Shown here: piece by piece, positions 53,001-62,166 of the stretch | How positions within the stretch are numbered: position 1 is the first letter of the stretch | Layout: every line of letters starts with the position of its first letter | NCBI GenBank assembly: GCA_965202585.1 | Contig: OZ241830.1 | Location: 44,392,001 to 44,456,000, forward strand | Source: Thalia democratica | Lineage: Eukaryota | Reading direction: 5' to 3' | DNA length: 64,000 nt | Position numbers and translations under genes: made by a program | The notes under the pieces: model-generated | The model's input: only the letters and a program-made list of their open reading frames with translations | What the model was told of the DNA's origin: nothing | The model's database searches: none

Positions 53001-56000
53001 TTTTCATTAAAATTTCTTTAACTTTACGCCATTCGATATGTTGAAGATCTTCTGAGACGAGATTTTTTTGATAGAAGACCAAATTTTTAGACCAGTTCTA
53101 TCGGCAATAAAAACACCAGAATACGCCTTATGTAAATGGCTAGATATAGAACTTAAACCATACTTAAAAGGTGATTGGATTATTAGCTCCAGTTTTGACT
53201 TTGTCGAAAAACTGAAAACATTCCAACCGTTAAACACAGACATTTGTGTTACGTTTGATATCAAGAGTTTGTATACCTATGTACCATTGGAAGAAACTAT
53301 CAATAAAGTTACGAAAGTAGTATACATGGATAATCTAATTTCAATATTTGCTCGATCAAAAATGACTCAAACAGTATTTATAAATCTTCTAAGGGTATGC
53401 TCACAAAGCATCTTTCTTTTCAATGGCGCAGTATGTCAACAAACGAACGGGTTATCAATGGGCTCACCTCTTGCCCCTTTACTGGCCAACTGGTTTCTTA
53501 ACTAAAGTACAAAACCTAAAATGTATTGAAGATATGTTGACGACATATTCTGCATTTTTGAAAACAAAGACCAAATACATCAGTTTGGCGAAAAAAATGC
53601 ACAGAGATATGAAATTTGTCATTAAGGTAAACTACCATATCTTAATATACAAGTACCAGTAAAAGACAACAAGATCATCACATCTATCTAATCTACAGAA
53701 AACCAACAAGCACGGGCGTGCTTATGAACTTAAACTTGTGTGTACTGCAGTCTTGGAAGAGAAGTTATGCAATAACCTAAATTACAGAAACCAAAATTTC
53801 GTCTCAGAAGATCTACAACATATCGAATGGCAAAAGGTTAAGGAACTTTTGATAAAAAACTCTTTCTCGACCAAGTTTGTCAATGAGTAGATACAAAGCA
53901 AAACAACTTCGAATCAGAACTAATTGAAGTTATAGTTGAAAATAAACACTACATTACAATACCATACGTCAGAAAGATATCCGAGAAATTCTCCAAGAAC
54001 ATCAAAGCTATGTTCGAAGAAATCAGAGTAAAAATACATATTGCATATTAAACACAAAAGGTGGGGAAATATTTCTCCCTAAAGAACTCGTATGTATCAA
54101 AGTGGCTTAGCTTACAAGTTTACGTGTCCAGGTGATCTGAACAACCAATATGCTGGTGAAACTGAAAGACAACTTTTTGTAAAAATCGAAGAGCATGTGA
54201 TTCCAACTAATAGTGCAGTATTTAATCATATCGAGAGTTGTGCATATTTTACAAGTTATAACAACATTTATGATTGTTTTGAAGTTATTAAAACGTGCAG
54301 TTCTTATACTAATCTATTATCTTCAGAAGCTTCACTAATTAAAAAACTTCAATCAAATTTGAATAATCAGCTTGGTCCTGATAAAGGATCAAGAGTAACT
54401 ATTAACATATTTAAATAGTCCATTTTGTTTTAATTGATTTTTTGTTAAAAAAGTTCATTTTTGTTAAATACTTGTCGTTTTTATTAACTGTGTTTTTTAT
54501 TAAGTATCTAGTTTCACTTTATGTATATTGTTTTTAATTAATTTGTGAGTGTTTAACTTTTTGACAAGGGAATTTGTGAGTTTCGAAAGCGCTTAAATTG
54601 AATATAAATTTTTTAGTCAAAAATTTTTAAGTCTTACAACAAAATGGTATCTAAGATATATTTGTAGTTTTTTTTATTTAGAAAAAGTCTCAAGATACTG
54701 ATCATTTCTAGTTTTTTAAAACTCTTTAAGTAAAATATAGATTATGACTTATTATAATAATTATATAGAGTTTCAAATGGTTTTTTATCATATAAGTTTT
54801 GCCATGTAAAATATGTAAAAAATTTAAAATTTAAATACCATATTTTTTGCTAGTCGTAACATTAAATAATTTTGCTAATCGTAATCTAAAGTATAGATTA
54901 TTTATTTAGTTTTTTTAGCGCAATTAGTTTGTAAAAAAATGAAACAAACTTATTTTAATTTTTTGCAACAGTTTGCATTCATACCATACAATGTGACACT
55001 AATAATGCTCCAGTACTCATTGGATATAATTGGCTTGCTGCATCAGATAATCCGAGCTCACACGTTGTATTATGACAATCATGGTTTACCTGTGTTGCAT
55101 CCAATCAAAACTGCTAAAAAATATTTAGCGAGGTTTCGTTATCATATTGTTTATAAAAGTTAAACTTATTTATGTTATTGAGTGAGGCTTAAATGATTTA
55201 ATGGTTAAGTAGCCTATTTCTTTTAAGTAAGTTTGAAACAATCAATTGGCTTCACCTTTAATTGAAATTTATTTTATCAATTTATTTTATAAAAAAAAAG
55301 CCTTTACATATATTGAGATAATAGAAACTATACTCTTTTGAAATAGCTTATATTTGCTCAATCGAATAACATATTCACGAGTGTAAAATCTTTTTAAGAA
55401 ATTTCTCAGAATTTTGTTATCCAAAATTTTTAAAATTTGTCTCCTAAAATGTATATGCTTAATAAATTAAAAACATATTTTTTAAATACCACAGATGTTC
55501 TTGTGCTAAAACTTTATTTCAACTAACGGCGTTTCACTGCTCTCAAATAAATTTAAGAACAGATCTACGGAGTCTATAAAATATTAACACACATTAGAAA
55601 AAAAAAAACAGAAAAAGCATGTAAAATTATGTATAGTGTTTATGTAGGTAGTAACTATAAATGAACTTTATGGTTTAAAAACAAAGTCAGTAATTGCAGC
55701 AGAAGATAAAAACCTACTTCTGAATAAGCGGCAAGATTTATCAAATATTTGTCCCCACAACCGACGATTCTACTTTAAATAACTCTGTCTACTTATGTAC
55801 TAATTTATTTCACAATACTCACATTACAATTACATACACTTGCAAGCTTAAAACTTCATGTTTTTAAGCTGTATAAACTATTGACCAATTTGTTAAATTT
55901 ATTATGACGTAATATTTCTGCACAACTCAATTTAATTTTCATTTTAAAAACTTGCCTATTCTTAGAGCGTTTTGAGGTTAGTGCCTACTTTTATTAAATT

Positions 56001-59000
56001 TGAATTTTTTGTAGACAATTTTATAATTTTATGTTTTTATCCCAAACTTTGTTTTTAAACCATAAAGTTCATTTATAGTTACTACCTACATAAACACTAT
56101 ACATAATTTTACATGCTTTTTCTGCTTTTTTTCTAATGTGTGTTAATATTTTATAGACTCCGTAGATCTGTTCTTAAATTTATTTGAGAGCAGTGAAACG
56201 CCGTTAGTTGAAATAAAGTTTTAGCACAAGAACATCTGTGGTATTTATTCCGATAAGCTTAGCTTATCAGGATCTCCAGGATTTAACGCCTTTTAACGTT
56301 ACATCTTATATTTTTAAAATATTAATTATTTTTCATTAAAAATAGAAAAAATAGTTTTTTTATGTAAGAGTTTAGTTAAGCTTTAGGTTCTTACTTTGTC
56401 ATCTAATAAAGTTATATAAAACTTTTTTTTAAAGGTTTTGTATATTTTTAATAAGCTTTTTTAATTATTTTACTGATTTTAAAACTATAACTAACTTACT
56501 TTTTTTGAACATAGACATCACCAACTTAAGCATACATGTTGTAAATAAGTTTATACAATTAAATATGCAGTTTTTTTCTTTGTGAACTTAACTTATATAA
56601 TTTTCTAGGTGAATTTTATTACTAGTCGTTATTATCTAAATATACCACTTAAAAAAAAAAAAAAAAACTTTTTCAGCTGGGGATTTTATATCGATTTGTT
56701 AGCGTGGTTCCCGTTTGAGTTGATAATTGCGCTTCTGACACATTCTGAATTGAAGTTAAGTCAACGGAACATCAGACTGATCGCAATTGTCAGAATTACA
56801 AGAATATTTGGACTAGTCAAGGTTAGTTGTTTTTATGCATGGTGCTTTGTATAAAACCTGTGTTTCGACTAGGGTTAAAGTTTTTAAGGTCGTGAACTTA
56901 ATAGATAAGTTCCTGTACAAGGGTTAAACTAAAATAGCTGCTGTCACCTTTTTAGCAATTAGAAGTTTTCATTTTTATTATATGATAAAAAGGTATATCT
57001 TTTTTAAAGATTCCTCTTCATACATAAATTGTTTGTGAAATAAATCAACGAAAACATTTGTGATCATTTTGATCAAAAGTTTTTTGTTTTATTTATCTAC
57101 TCTGAAAAAAAAGTTTAATAAAGGTGATTAAGTTAGATTTCAAAAGTTATTAAATAGCGTCTAAAGTTAATTTCGACACAAGAGTAATATTTCTATACCA
57201 ATAAAAAGTCAAAAACAAATTAGTAGACCAAGTTTCTCGTTTAACAACACCTCCGCTATGATAATTCATGTAACTTGGTTTTTTGTTTTATAGTATTAAG
57301 CTAATAAATAGATAAACTATATGAAATATCATCATGAGTTTATAATAGATATTTGTATGAACAGGTTGTGTCGTTCTTCAAGTTTTTTCTCAACGACATT
57401 CGTCACAGACGTCACCTGCTGAAAAACGTCACTTACATCGTGTATGGCACGGTACTTCATCATTGGGTGGCCTGCATTTTGTTTGTTGTCGGATGCCCAC
57501 AGTATATCCATCTCGTTTGTTGCGTTGTATTATTTGATTTTTTTTAATTACTGGTTGTACAATTTTCAAGCGTTTTCTATGCTGTTTGTAATCTATTTGT
57601 GTAATTAATAACTAATCTTTTAGTACAGTCACCTTTCGCGAGTCTACGCACTGTGTGTCCACAGCAAAAGTGCGTAACTAAAAGAGAGGTAGCGAATATA
57701 CCTACTGTATTGGCTGTTTTCTTATATTTCATTAACAAATAAACTTTGTTTAATTGTAATTTGCTTTTGACTTTATTTTTTCTGTTTTGCTTGTTGTTTG
57801 CAGTGTGAGGTCACGACTTACTCTAATTTAAAGTCGTTATATCGAATGTGTTTGTTATTCAAAAACAGTGAAATAAAAGTTTTTTTAGACTTCTAAAACT
57901 TTTTTTCTAAGAGTACATGCTTACTATAAAATAATAACGCAGTGTAACATAGCATTTACGTTCTTAAATTAAGATGAGAGCTTTTATTTTATGTTAATTA
58001 ATACATCGTAAATATTCTTGCGCTTAGAAATACAAAATAAATATAAAATTACAAAATTGAACTAGTTAACAAAGGACTAGTTTTATTATTTAATGCGTTG
58101 ATTAAAACTCACTTTAGTAAATACTTAAGCTATATAGCTTTATAAATAAGCTGAAATTTTCCTCAAAAAGTGCATGCCTTAATTAAAAATCATATCTTTT
58201 AGTTTTCAAATAAAGTTTACTGGTTTTGCACCAAATTTAAAATACTGAATGCTTTTTAAGTTATTAATTTTGTAATTTTTGAGAATTCTAAAATGTGTAA
58301 CTAGCCGAGAGTGCATAGATTCGCGGATATGACTGTACTAGTATGGTTGTCATACTTTAATTTTAGTATCTTTAATTTTTTTTATTAAGCTTAGGTTAAT
58401 GATTTTTTAAGCTCAGGGTTTTTCTTAGTTTCTAACTTAAAACAATGAGTAAAAAGTATTAAAGCTCTTTTGTCAGTTAAATTTTCTACCTGGCAGCTAC
58501 CAGTTACTTAAGTGGTTAATATATTTTTTGATAAGTTTGTCAACTTAGACAAAAGAAATTGTTATAAACTAAAAGTTTGAGCTTAATATTTAGTTTCAGT
58601 TACCACAAATGGTATCGATTAATTTATTTAATTACGTAGTTTGTAAGGGTTCGCTTTTATATAAAGGGTACGAATAGAATGCTTACTTAAATAATATGAA
58701 TATTTTTTTAAACTTCACACAGTGAACTGGGAACTTAAAATAAGAAACATATCAACATTTAACACTTTCAAAAATAAATTGTCAAATAGCCCTAGGTTTA
58801 TCGAAAATTCTACAAACTAAATAAAATAATACCTTCTCCAAAGTTCCAAGTAACCTCGAATCTTGAACAAGAATCATTAATTAAATACCTATAATTTTAA
58901 AGAGTTTTTACATGTTAAATGATGAAAAAAAAAATCTATCATATAAAATATTTTTTGGTATCATTAAAAATTTTAGTCATTATTAAAAATTTTTCAAACA

Positions 59001-62000
59001 GCATTGCAGTAAGTTTTCAATATCCTTGTAATGTTTATGACAGTTTTTTACCATAAATTTAAAGTTAAACTAGAAATGGACAAAAATCTTTTACTTTCAT
59101 AAATCCCCGAAAAAATACAAAAATCATCAAAAAAAGTTCAAAGAACCTTTGGCCACCCCTAGAACTAAAGTTATCAGACTTTAGTAAACAGCAATTTTAT
59201 CATTATTATTCTGCAAATAATTCTGCAAATTATTATTATAAGTATAAATTTTTGAAACTACTAAGTAAAACATATTAAGTTAAGTATGAAATATTTTCGA
59301 GTTCTATCTTATTGAAATGCGAAGTAAATATAGAACATTTTTGATCAAATAAAATTTAATTATTTCTATGAAATAATAAAAAGCCGTTTAAGTTTGGTAT
59401 TTAAAGCGTAAATCTGCAATGTTCACGACTATAACTAAAATTTCTCTTATTACAAACCTATGTTGTATAGTTTATACGGATAGGTGTAAAATTTGCACGA
59501 GGGGACTAACTTGAACGAAGAAACTTTTGCACGAGCAGAAAATTTTGTACGGAGACATTTTTGCACGGGTTGAAATTTTTATTTTTTTTATTAATTTTAT
59601 AATTTTCTTTTTATTACTATCACTTTTACCCCTTACCCTCGGTCGGTAACTTAGTATTATGTTTTTTTTTACTTTCACTGTTACCCCTTACCCTCAGTGG
59701 TAGCTTATTTTTTTAATTAGTTTACTTATATTTATTCATTCATTTTTATTTTTTTAAATAATAACTTTTATTAGTTATTTTCTTATTTTTATTTTTACTA
59801 TCACTGTTACCCCTAACCCTTACCCTTGGTCAGTAACTTTTTTTTTGTTTTTTTATTAATTTACAATTTTCATTTTGTTTTTTTTATTTATAATTGTTTC
59901 TGTTTTTATTTTACTCTCGTGCAAAAATGACCATTGGTGCAAAATTGACCCTTGATGCAAAATTGTCTTCGTGCAAACTTGTTTTCGTGCAAAAATGACC
60001 CTTCGTGCAATTTTGACCCGTTCCCAGTTTATACGTTGTTGTAATACTCTAATTAAAACAGCTTAAACGCACAATAACGAAACTTAATTACATTTTAACT
60101 ATTAAAACCAAAATCTTTTTTTTTTTTTTTCCAAAACTATTTTGAACTTTATATCTATTCAGATAACTGTTTTAAAAACTTTTTAATGATATAAACCTTA
60201 TCTTTTGTTCAACATGATTCTAACAAACACTCCTAATCTCTGATGCTTAATTATCAGTAAAGGTAACTGATGAGTCCTAATCAGGACAAAACCGGTCTCA
60301 GTCTACCGAAAGTTTGTGGTCTAAAATCGAATTGGTATGATTAAACCTTATGTTAACTTGAGCTTGTCTTACGGCACATGAAAGTCAAGGCTTCGGCTCT
60401 GTAGACTGTCGCCAATATTTTCGTTAATTGATCAAGGTAATAGATGGTAATGGCAGAGGCGCAAACAAATTATTCCGTTTAAAAACCTAAATTTAGACAA
60501 GTGTTTTTAGTTTAAAAAATTGCATCCTTGAAATTGTTTAAAATGATTATCAGTTTTCATACAAGGTTTGTGAACAATCTTTTTATAAATTAAAGATTCA
60601 AAGAAGTTTACAAATCTGTTATTGAAAAAAATCCATTTTAAAAAGTACTTTATATTTGTTTAAATGTTCAGTTTTCAAATTCAATCATTAGTTTTCCTGT
60701 TGCTATAGTTGAATTGAATAATTTCTGTGGTATATACTGAAAAATACGACAAATTGAATCAGAAAATATTGCATAAACAGAAAGAGACTTACGACTCGAT
60801 GAACACGAGCATGGCAAACACGAGTGCACCTGACTACATGTTCTGCGACACTGACTCGTGGCTCAGTCTGGCTGCCAAGAACAAACCCAGCTTGGATCTG
60901 TACAATTCAGTGGTTGACCAGTACATTGTTAGCTTGTACTACTCGACGGTCACGCTAGTCGGTGTCGGTTATGGAGAAATTTGGCCGCAAAGTAACGTGA
61001 GTTTCAACATATAGAATATGTAACAAAGTTAAGGTTAATTTTTGGTTTTTGTAGCATAAAAAAGTAGTATTTTATGAACAAAAATAGTCTCATAATTTAT
61101 GCAGCTTTAAATTATTAGATAAAATTGTAGCTGAATTCTACGTACTGACATCTTTTCTCATTTTTTAAATTGATACTTCCTTTTGGACTTATTGATAATT
61201 GGTAAATATGTTTTATAAATATTTAGAGCTTTAAATCTATCGAATTTATTTTTTATACTTAATACAAGAATATAATTTAAGTTGATATAAAACAGAAAAA
61301 TATATATTATTTTTTATTTATTTCAATTTTGCTAATATTTTTTTCTAATGTTGAAGTAGAATTTTCATCTAAAAATGCTTCACTTATTTTTCATATACCT
61401 GGATACAACGATAAACAGGTAGAAAGATTTCTTGCAATGTTTGTCATGTTGGCAGGACTGACCTTTTACTCGTACACATTGGGTCAGATATCAGCAAATT
61501 TGCAATCAGATGACATTAGAAGGGCGGAATACACCAGCAAGCTAATTCATATACAGCGCTTCTTCAAAGTTTACAAAGTTAAGCACGCTATTTCAAGAAA
61601 GGTAAGCATTACTTTTATTTTTGTTATATTATAAGTTGTCTTATTTTGTCTATCATCTTAATAAGTTTTAAATACTTATTCTCACACTCAAATAATGAAA
61701 AAAAGTTTAAAATAGTTTGTTACTTGTATGAGTATTAAGCGTTAGTGTTACACGTGTCTTTTTCATTATTAAATTATGAACTTATTGCCTCTGTGTATTC
61801 TTTAAAATATTTTGTGATTTTTCCAATACTTTATAAAATCAATTTCAACCTTTTGAATAAAAATCTAAAGTTTAACCATAAAAATATTATAAATATCTAT
61901 TTTTTATAACAGGTATTAGAATACTACCACTACTTGTGGCAGCGCACAAGAGGTGTTTCCCCTGACCTGCTCCTGCAGAACCTCCCCCCTTCGCTGCGCA

Positions 62001-62166
62001 CCACCGTGTGTCAGTACATGTACTCGGCGAACATCAGCACGTGTTTGAAGGCGCTCAACTACAACAAGCGGTTCGTCGTTGAGGAAAGAGACAAGCAGGG
62101 TTTCTACAGGCTTCTGTCTTCCTACATTAAGCCCATCATTTGCATGACTGGAAACGTCATTTGCAG
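4612..62166 (+). CDS. CNGK: Multi-repeat K+-selective cyclic nucleotide-gated channel (CNGK/tetraKCNG-like), 31 coding exons, 3' incomplete
   Basis: Exons joined by hand with consistent phase (5372 nt). Three 6TM repeats have pore signatures TFTGYGD, TGTGYGD and VGVGYGE, each followed by a C-linker. CNBD1 and CNBD2 are complete and CNBD3 has begun. Linker exons keep the frame open between repeats. Confidence 0.85.
5092..5655. mobile_element. hAT-type MITE, CAGGGTTGCCA/AAACCTGGAA family, degraded
   Basis: Right TIR TGGCCACCCTG; internal AAAACCTGGAA motifs shared with other copies. Confidence 0.55.
5832..5992 (+). CDS. CNGK exon 2: repeat I S3-S4
   Basis: [14 protein letters not shown]3 motif; AG acceptor, donor GTGAGT. 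Confidence 0.85.
6420..6608 (+). CDS. CNGK exon 3: repeat I S5
   Basis: [22 protein letters not shown]; not in the ORF track; donor GTTAGT. Confidence 0.85.
7355..7549 (+). CDS. CNGK exon 4: repeat I pore helix and filter
   Basis: [22 protein letters not shown]. Confidence 0.9.
7938..8050 (+). CDS. CNGK exon 5: repeat I S6 / C-linker start
   Basis: [26 protein letters not shown]; phases fit. Confidence 0.85.
9111..9281 (+). CDS. CNGK exon 6: repeat I C-linker
   Basis: [12 protein letters not shown]...[10 protein letters not shown]-linker pattern. Confidence 0.88.
9555..9701 (+). CDS. CNGK exon 7: CNBD1 first half
   Basis: VELFEGM...[26 protein letters not shown]; probable GC donor at 9702. 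Confidence 0.88.
14984..15161 (+). CDS. CNGK exon 8: CNBD1 phosphate-binding cassette
   Basis: [27 protein letters not shown]...LLSDYP. Confidence 0.88.
15364..15466 (+). CDS. CNGK exon 9: CNBD1 C-helix / linker
   Basis: [17 protein letters not shown]; phases 1/2 bridge exons 8 and 10. Confidence 0.7.
17284..17556 (+). CDS. CNGK exon 10: repeat I-II linker
   Basis: GC-rich open frame [10 protein letters not shown]...EASQFR; phases fit. Confidence 0.7.
17986..18059 (+). CDS. CNGK exon 11: linker
   Basis: [24 protein letters not shown]; AG..GTTAGT; phases 2/1 fit. Confidence 0.6.
19211..19383 (+). CDS. CNGK exon 12: linker
   Basis: 57 open codons [12 protein letters not shown]...LQTDQ; phases 1/0 fit. 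Confidence 0.65.
20884..21031. repeat. Near-perfect long hairpin
   Basis: ACTGTAATGAAAGAAT(T/A)GAAGCATAGAATAAAGTA(A/G)GTGTA and its reverse complement around a short centre. Confidence 0.8.
21825..21896 (+). tRNA. trnA-CGC: tRNA-Ala (anticodon CGC), copy 1
   Basis: GGGGACG/CGTCTCC acceptor stem, ATCGC-TTCGCAT-GCGAT anticodon arm, GGTTCAATTCC T arm. Confidence 0.93.
22108..22179 (+). tRNA. trnA-CGC: tRNA-Ala (anticodon CGC), copy 2
   Basis: Identical to copy 1; 283-bp tandem duplication that includes the flanks. Confidence 0.93.
23677..23839 (+). CDS. CNGK exon 13: repeat II S1
   Basis: [17 protein letters not shown]...FQTTFMAFF, an HCN/CNG pre-S1/S1 motif. Confidence 0.85.
24297..24504 (+). 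CDS. CNGK exon 14: repeat II long S1-S2 loop
   Basis: Open frame with three Cys; phases 1/2 fit. Confidence 0.75.
24697..24851 (+). CDS. CNGK exon 15: repeat II S2
   Basis: [22 protein letters not shown]; donor GTAAGC. Confidence 0.85.
25075..25181 (+). CDS. CNGK exon 16: repeat II S3
   Basis: [25 protein letters not shown]. Confidence 0.85.
25349..25738. mobile_element. hAT-type MITE, CAGGGTTGCCA family
   Basis: TAGGGTTGCCA ... TGGCAACCATG termini. Confidence 0.65.
26469..26695 (+). CDS. CNGK exon 17: repeat II S4-S5
   Basis: YFRMNRV...[24 protein letters not shown]. Confidence 0.88.
28045..28179 (+). CDS. CNGK exon 18: repeat II turret and pore helix
   Basis: [16 protein letters not shown]; the filter Gly codon is split by the intron. 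Confidence 0.88.
28300..28973 (-). mobile_element. Diverged solo copy of the LTR-like repeat found at 39.9 kb and 43.8 kb
   Basis: Shared blocks GTGGTCTCCA, GTTACAAAAC, ACACTTTGAAT, AACGCGTATTTGAAAGACAAA(A)CGCCGATATATAC and the TTTCATTACA end. Confidence 0.7.
29070..29256 (+). CDS. CNGK exon 19: repeat II filter and S6
   Basis: [28 protein letters not shown]. Confidence 0.9.
29635..29740 (+). CDS. CNGK exon 20: repeat II C-linker
   Basis: [22 protein letters not shown]. Confidence 0.85.
29939..30231. mobile_element. hAT-type MITE, CAGGGTTGCCA family
   Basis: CAGGGTTGCCA ... TGGTAACCCTA; 8-bp TSD ATATAAAA/ATATAAAT (7 of 8 match). Confidence 0.7.
31449..31609 (+). CDS. CNGK exon 21: C-linker / CNBD2
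   Basis: LPTELRDML...[12 protein letters not shown]...[10 protein letters not shown]. Confidence 0.9.
31898..32651. mobile_element. Non-autonomous element with TGGCAACCCTG terminus
   Basis: Right TIR clear, left degenerate; subterminal TCAGGAAA motifs. Confidence 0.5.
34145..34217 (+). tRNA. trnV-TAC: tRNA-Val (anticodon TAC)
   Basis: GGTTCCA/TGGAACC acceptor stem, TCTGC-TTTACAC-GCAGA anticodon arm, immediate T-run terminator. Confidence 0.9.
35940..37047 (+). mobile_element. Internally deleted hAT (Buster/Charlie-type) DNA transposon
   Basis: 13-bp TIR CAGTGCTTCTGAA and perfect 8-bp TSD AACTAAAC with central TA. ORF 36255-36626 is a hAT C-terminal dimerisation fragment (DFW...YPVLAKRA...[13 protein letters not shown]). 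Confidence 0.92.
37126..37242 (+). CDS. CNGK exon 22: CNBD2 beta-roll
   Basis: [15 protein letters not shown]...DYFGEIE. Confidence 0.88.
37420..37492 (-). pseudogene. Degenerate tRNA-like sequence (tRNA pseudogene or SINE head)
   Basis: Minus strand GCTCC...GAGGTTGTGGGTACGAGGCTCACCAGGAGCA, with acceptor- and T-arm remnants and a damaged B box. Confidence 0.5.
39906..40385 (-). repeat. LTR-like direct repeat, left copy (3' LTR relative to the ORF)
   Basis: 39919-40385 matches 43795-44297 apart from a 36-bp duplication; minus strand starts TGTAATGAAAC. Confidence 0.85.
40605..40712 (-). repeat. 15-bp GC-rich tandem repeat in a decayed minus-strand ORF
   Basis: (GGGCTTGTTGTCCTC)-like units; the minus strand reads RTTSP or EDNKP repeats, with stops and frameshifts nearby. 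Confidence 0.65.
41845..43668 (-). CDS. Intronless 607-aa ORF: coiled-coil/gag-like N-terminal half fused to a Y-box-type cold-shock domain
   Basis: CSD at about 42298-42549: [15 protein letters not shown] (RNP1), DIFVHYTAI (RNP2), [23 protein letters not shown] (Y-box signature). The gag-like call is inference. Confidence 0.85.
   Translation of the reverse strand: MHTNNNDDINLNNSHQAEMMNDNAEFYPSNSIQQQLRKSSEVKQLTNEEELRILQKQMKKLNNRLKQSRSPHFERAMLEKREPFYNDYENSNRNNFNNFSDTFKAQRLSKKFKRLDFVRNPRDIISFFEEEMLNENNSSNTEKYKFLTGFWPREEFSDYYKMTERGERNYSSLRNFFINRDNQLAEILDKIPIWNECTNFNKIFATAVSWAKCREQDRIKFFLAYLMPFSIKDKIREHFDESLELFKRKGQAIWNAYKENALVPKQVNYNRLQQYEQSQHRSKINYHKRVRPNYQQNFHFRDNGINHNYNYRQHNQDRDSFKPRKSYNGNSSNNVNIAQCLSCHQHLPTKTSNTSKEFQTTKEKAQVTKNTIAVGVTGQVVWFNVRKGYGFIQRDDRNSDIFVHYTAIIKNNPNKLLRSLAQGEKVQFDIVVGKNNMSEAANVTGPNGKTVQGSKYAVDKNSNYNQKLQQNIFNANHHSRNLQQQKIKASRAYKQAVAFTAKQGNLSKEKHQKQHQKNSSYNKKYDSEPKYQVTTVQLKSYKQDSGYYNFSKTKSQTSVSSNILAKEKNNLTVLNSFDKKEIITQNKKESELLIAGLKLLPFIIKSF
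43783..44297 (-). repeat. LTR-like direct repeat, right copy (5' LTR relative to the ORF)
   Basis: As above; carries an extra 36-bp unit GAGTTATAAAAATTGTTTTGGAAAAGCTTGTTTTGA. Confidence 0.85.
45813..46292 (+). CDS. Intronless ORF encoding a thioredoxin-like UAS domain (UBXN7-like), nested in a CNGK intron
   Basis: [19 protein letters not shown]...VLWSN...RFVVW...SVIDPRFG matches my recollection of the UBXN7 UAS motif; accATGg start context; AATAAA near 46323. Confidence 0.6.
   Translation: METSLRAYKKDDCQNKLFLQDYNFEEVLQKAFELQKLLIVNVSNTYLDEVLWSNTKFCGKLAKRFVVWKIKANDERIEDFQSRFYYKDLSYVVHMSVIDPRFGIEVFKFEHFDENYLIKSFLNFFVKDCNMSAEKGTSSSIDEDLDEITNSLFPSISFV
46630..48460 (-). mobile_element. Decayed Penelope-like retroelement (RT + GIY-YIG)
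   Basis: Frameshifted ORFs: [14 protein letters not shown]...GLYRDDGL (RT), IYEAIV...YIGST...RLYEH (GIY-YIG), WKIL...CSLCNLEK tail. Confidence 0.88.
46656..46694 (-). ncRNA. Minimal type I hammerhead ribozyme motif at the Penelope 3' end
   Basis: GCGT-CTGATGA-aCTGCtctGCAGg-GAAA-CGGCG-TA-ACGC. Confidence 0.6.
49570..49945. mobile_element. hAT-type MITE, CAGGGTTGCCA family, right end lost
   Basis: Left TIR and internal similarity to the 25349 and 29939 copies. Confidence 0.55.
50413..50642 (+). CDS. CNGK exon 23: CNBD2 second half
   Basis: [35 protein letters not shown]; 3' boundary uncertain (a second phase-2 donor lies slightly upstream). Confidence 0.85.
50942..51056 (+). CDS. CNGK exon 24: repeat II-III linker
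   Basis: [13 protein letters not shown]...ISKKTQ; phases 2/0 fit. Confidence 0.65.
51385..51525 (+). CDS. CNGK exon 25: repeat III S1
   Basis: [16 protein letters not shown]...LIIVPLQ. Confidence 0.85.
52259..53060 (-). mobile_element. Inverted partial copy of the 3' part of the adjacent Penelope element
   Basis: ORF 52425-52766 is nearly identical to 54092-54418; both copies end at the same CAATTTAAGCGC boundary. Confidence 0.88.
53061..54601 (+). mobile_element. Decayed Penelope-like retroelement, second family (RT + GIY-YIG)
   Basis: FDIKSLYT...[10 protein letters not shown] (RT); AYKFTCP...YAGETERQL...EEH (GIY-YIG). Confidence 0.88.
54972..55132 (+). CDS. CNGK exon 26: repeat III S2
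   Basis: [22 protein letters not shown]...KTAKKYL. Confidence 0.85.
56677..56821 (+). CDS. CNGK exon 27: repeat III S3-S4
   Basis: [16 protein letters not shown]...[13 protein letters not shown]. Confidence 0.88.
57365..57514 (+). CDS. CNGK exon 28: repeat III S5
   Basis: [23 protein letters not shown]; 3' end chosen to fit phase. Confidence 0.8.
59478..60025. mobile_element. MULE-type MITE
   Basis: Perfect 9-bp TSD AGTTTATAC, G-initiated imperfect TIRs, inverted subterminal TTGCACG repeats. Confidence 0.8.
60781..60996 (+). CDS. CNGK exon 29: repeat III pore
   Basis: [22 protein letters not shown]; donor GTGAGT. Confidence 0.88.
61419..61601 (+). CDS. CNGK exon 30: repeat III S6 / C-linker
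   Basis: [28 protein letters not shown]; donor GTAAGC. Confidence 0.9.
61913..62166 (+). CDS. CNGK exon 31: repeat III C-linker / start of CNBD3
   Basis: [14 protein letters not shown]...LPPSLRTTV...GNVICR. Confidence 0.9.
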
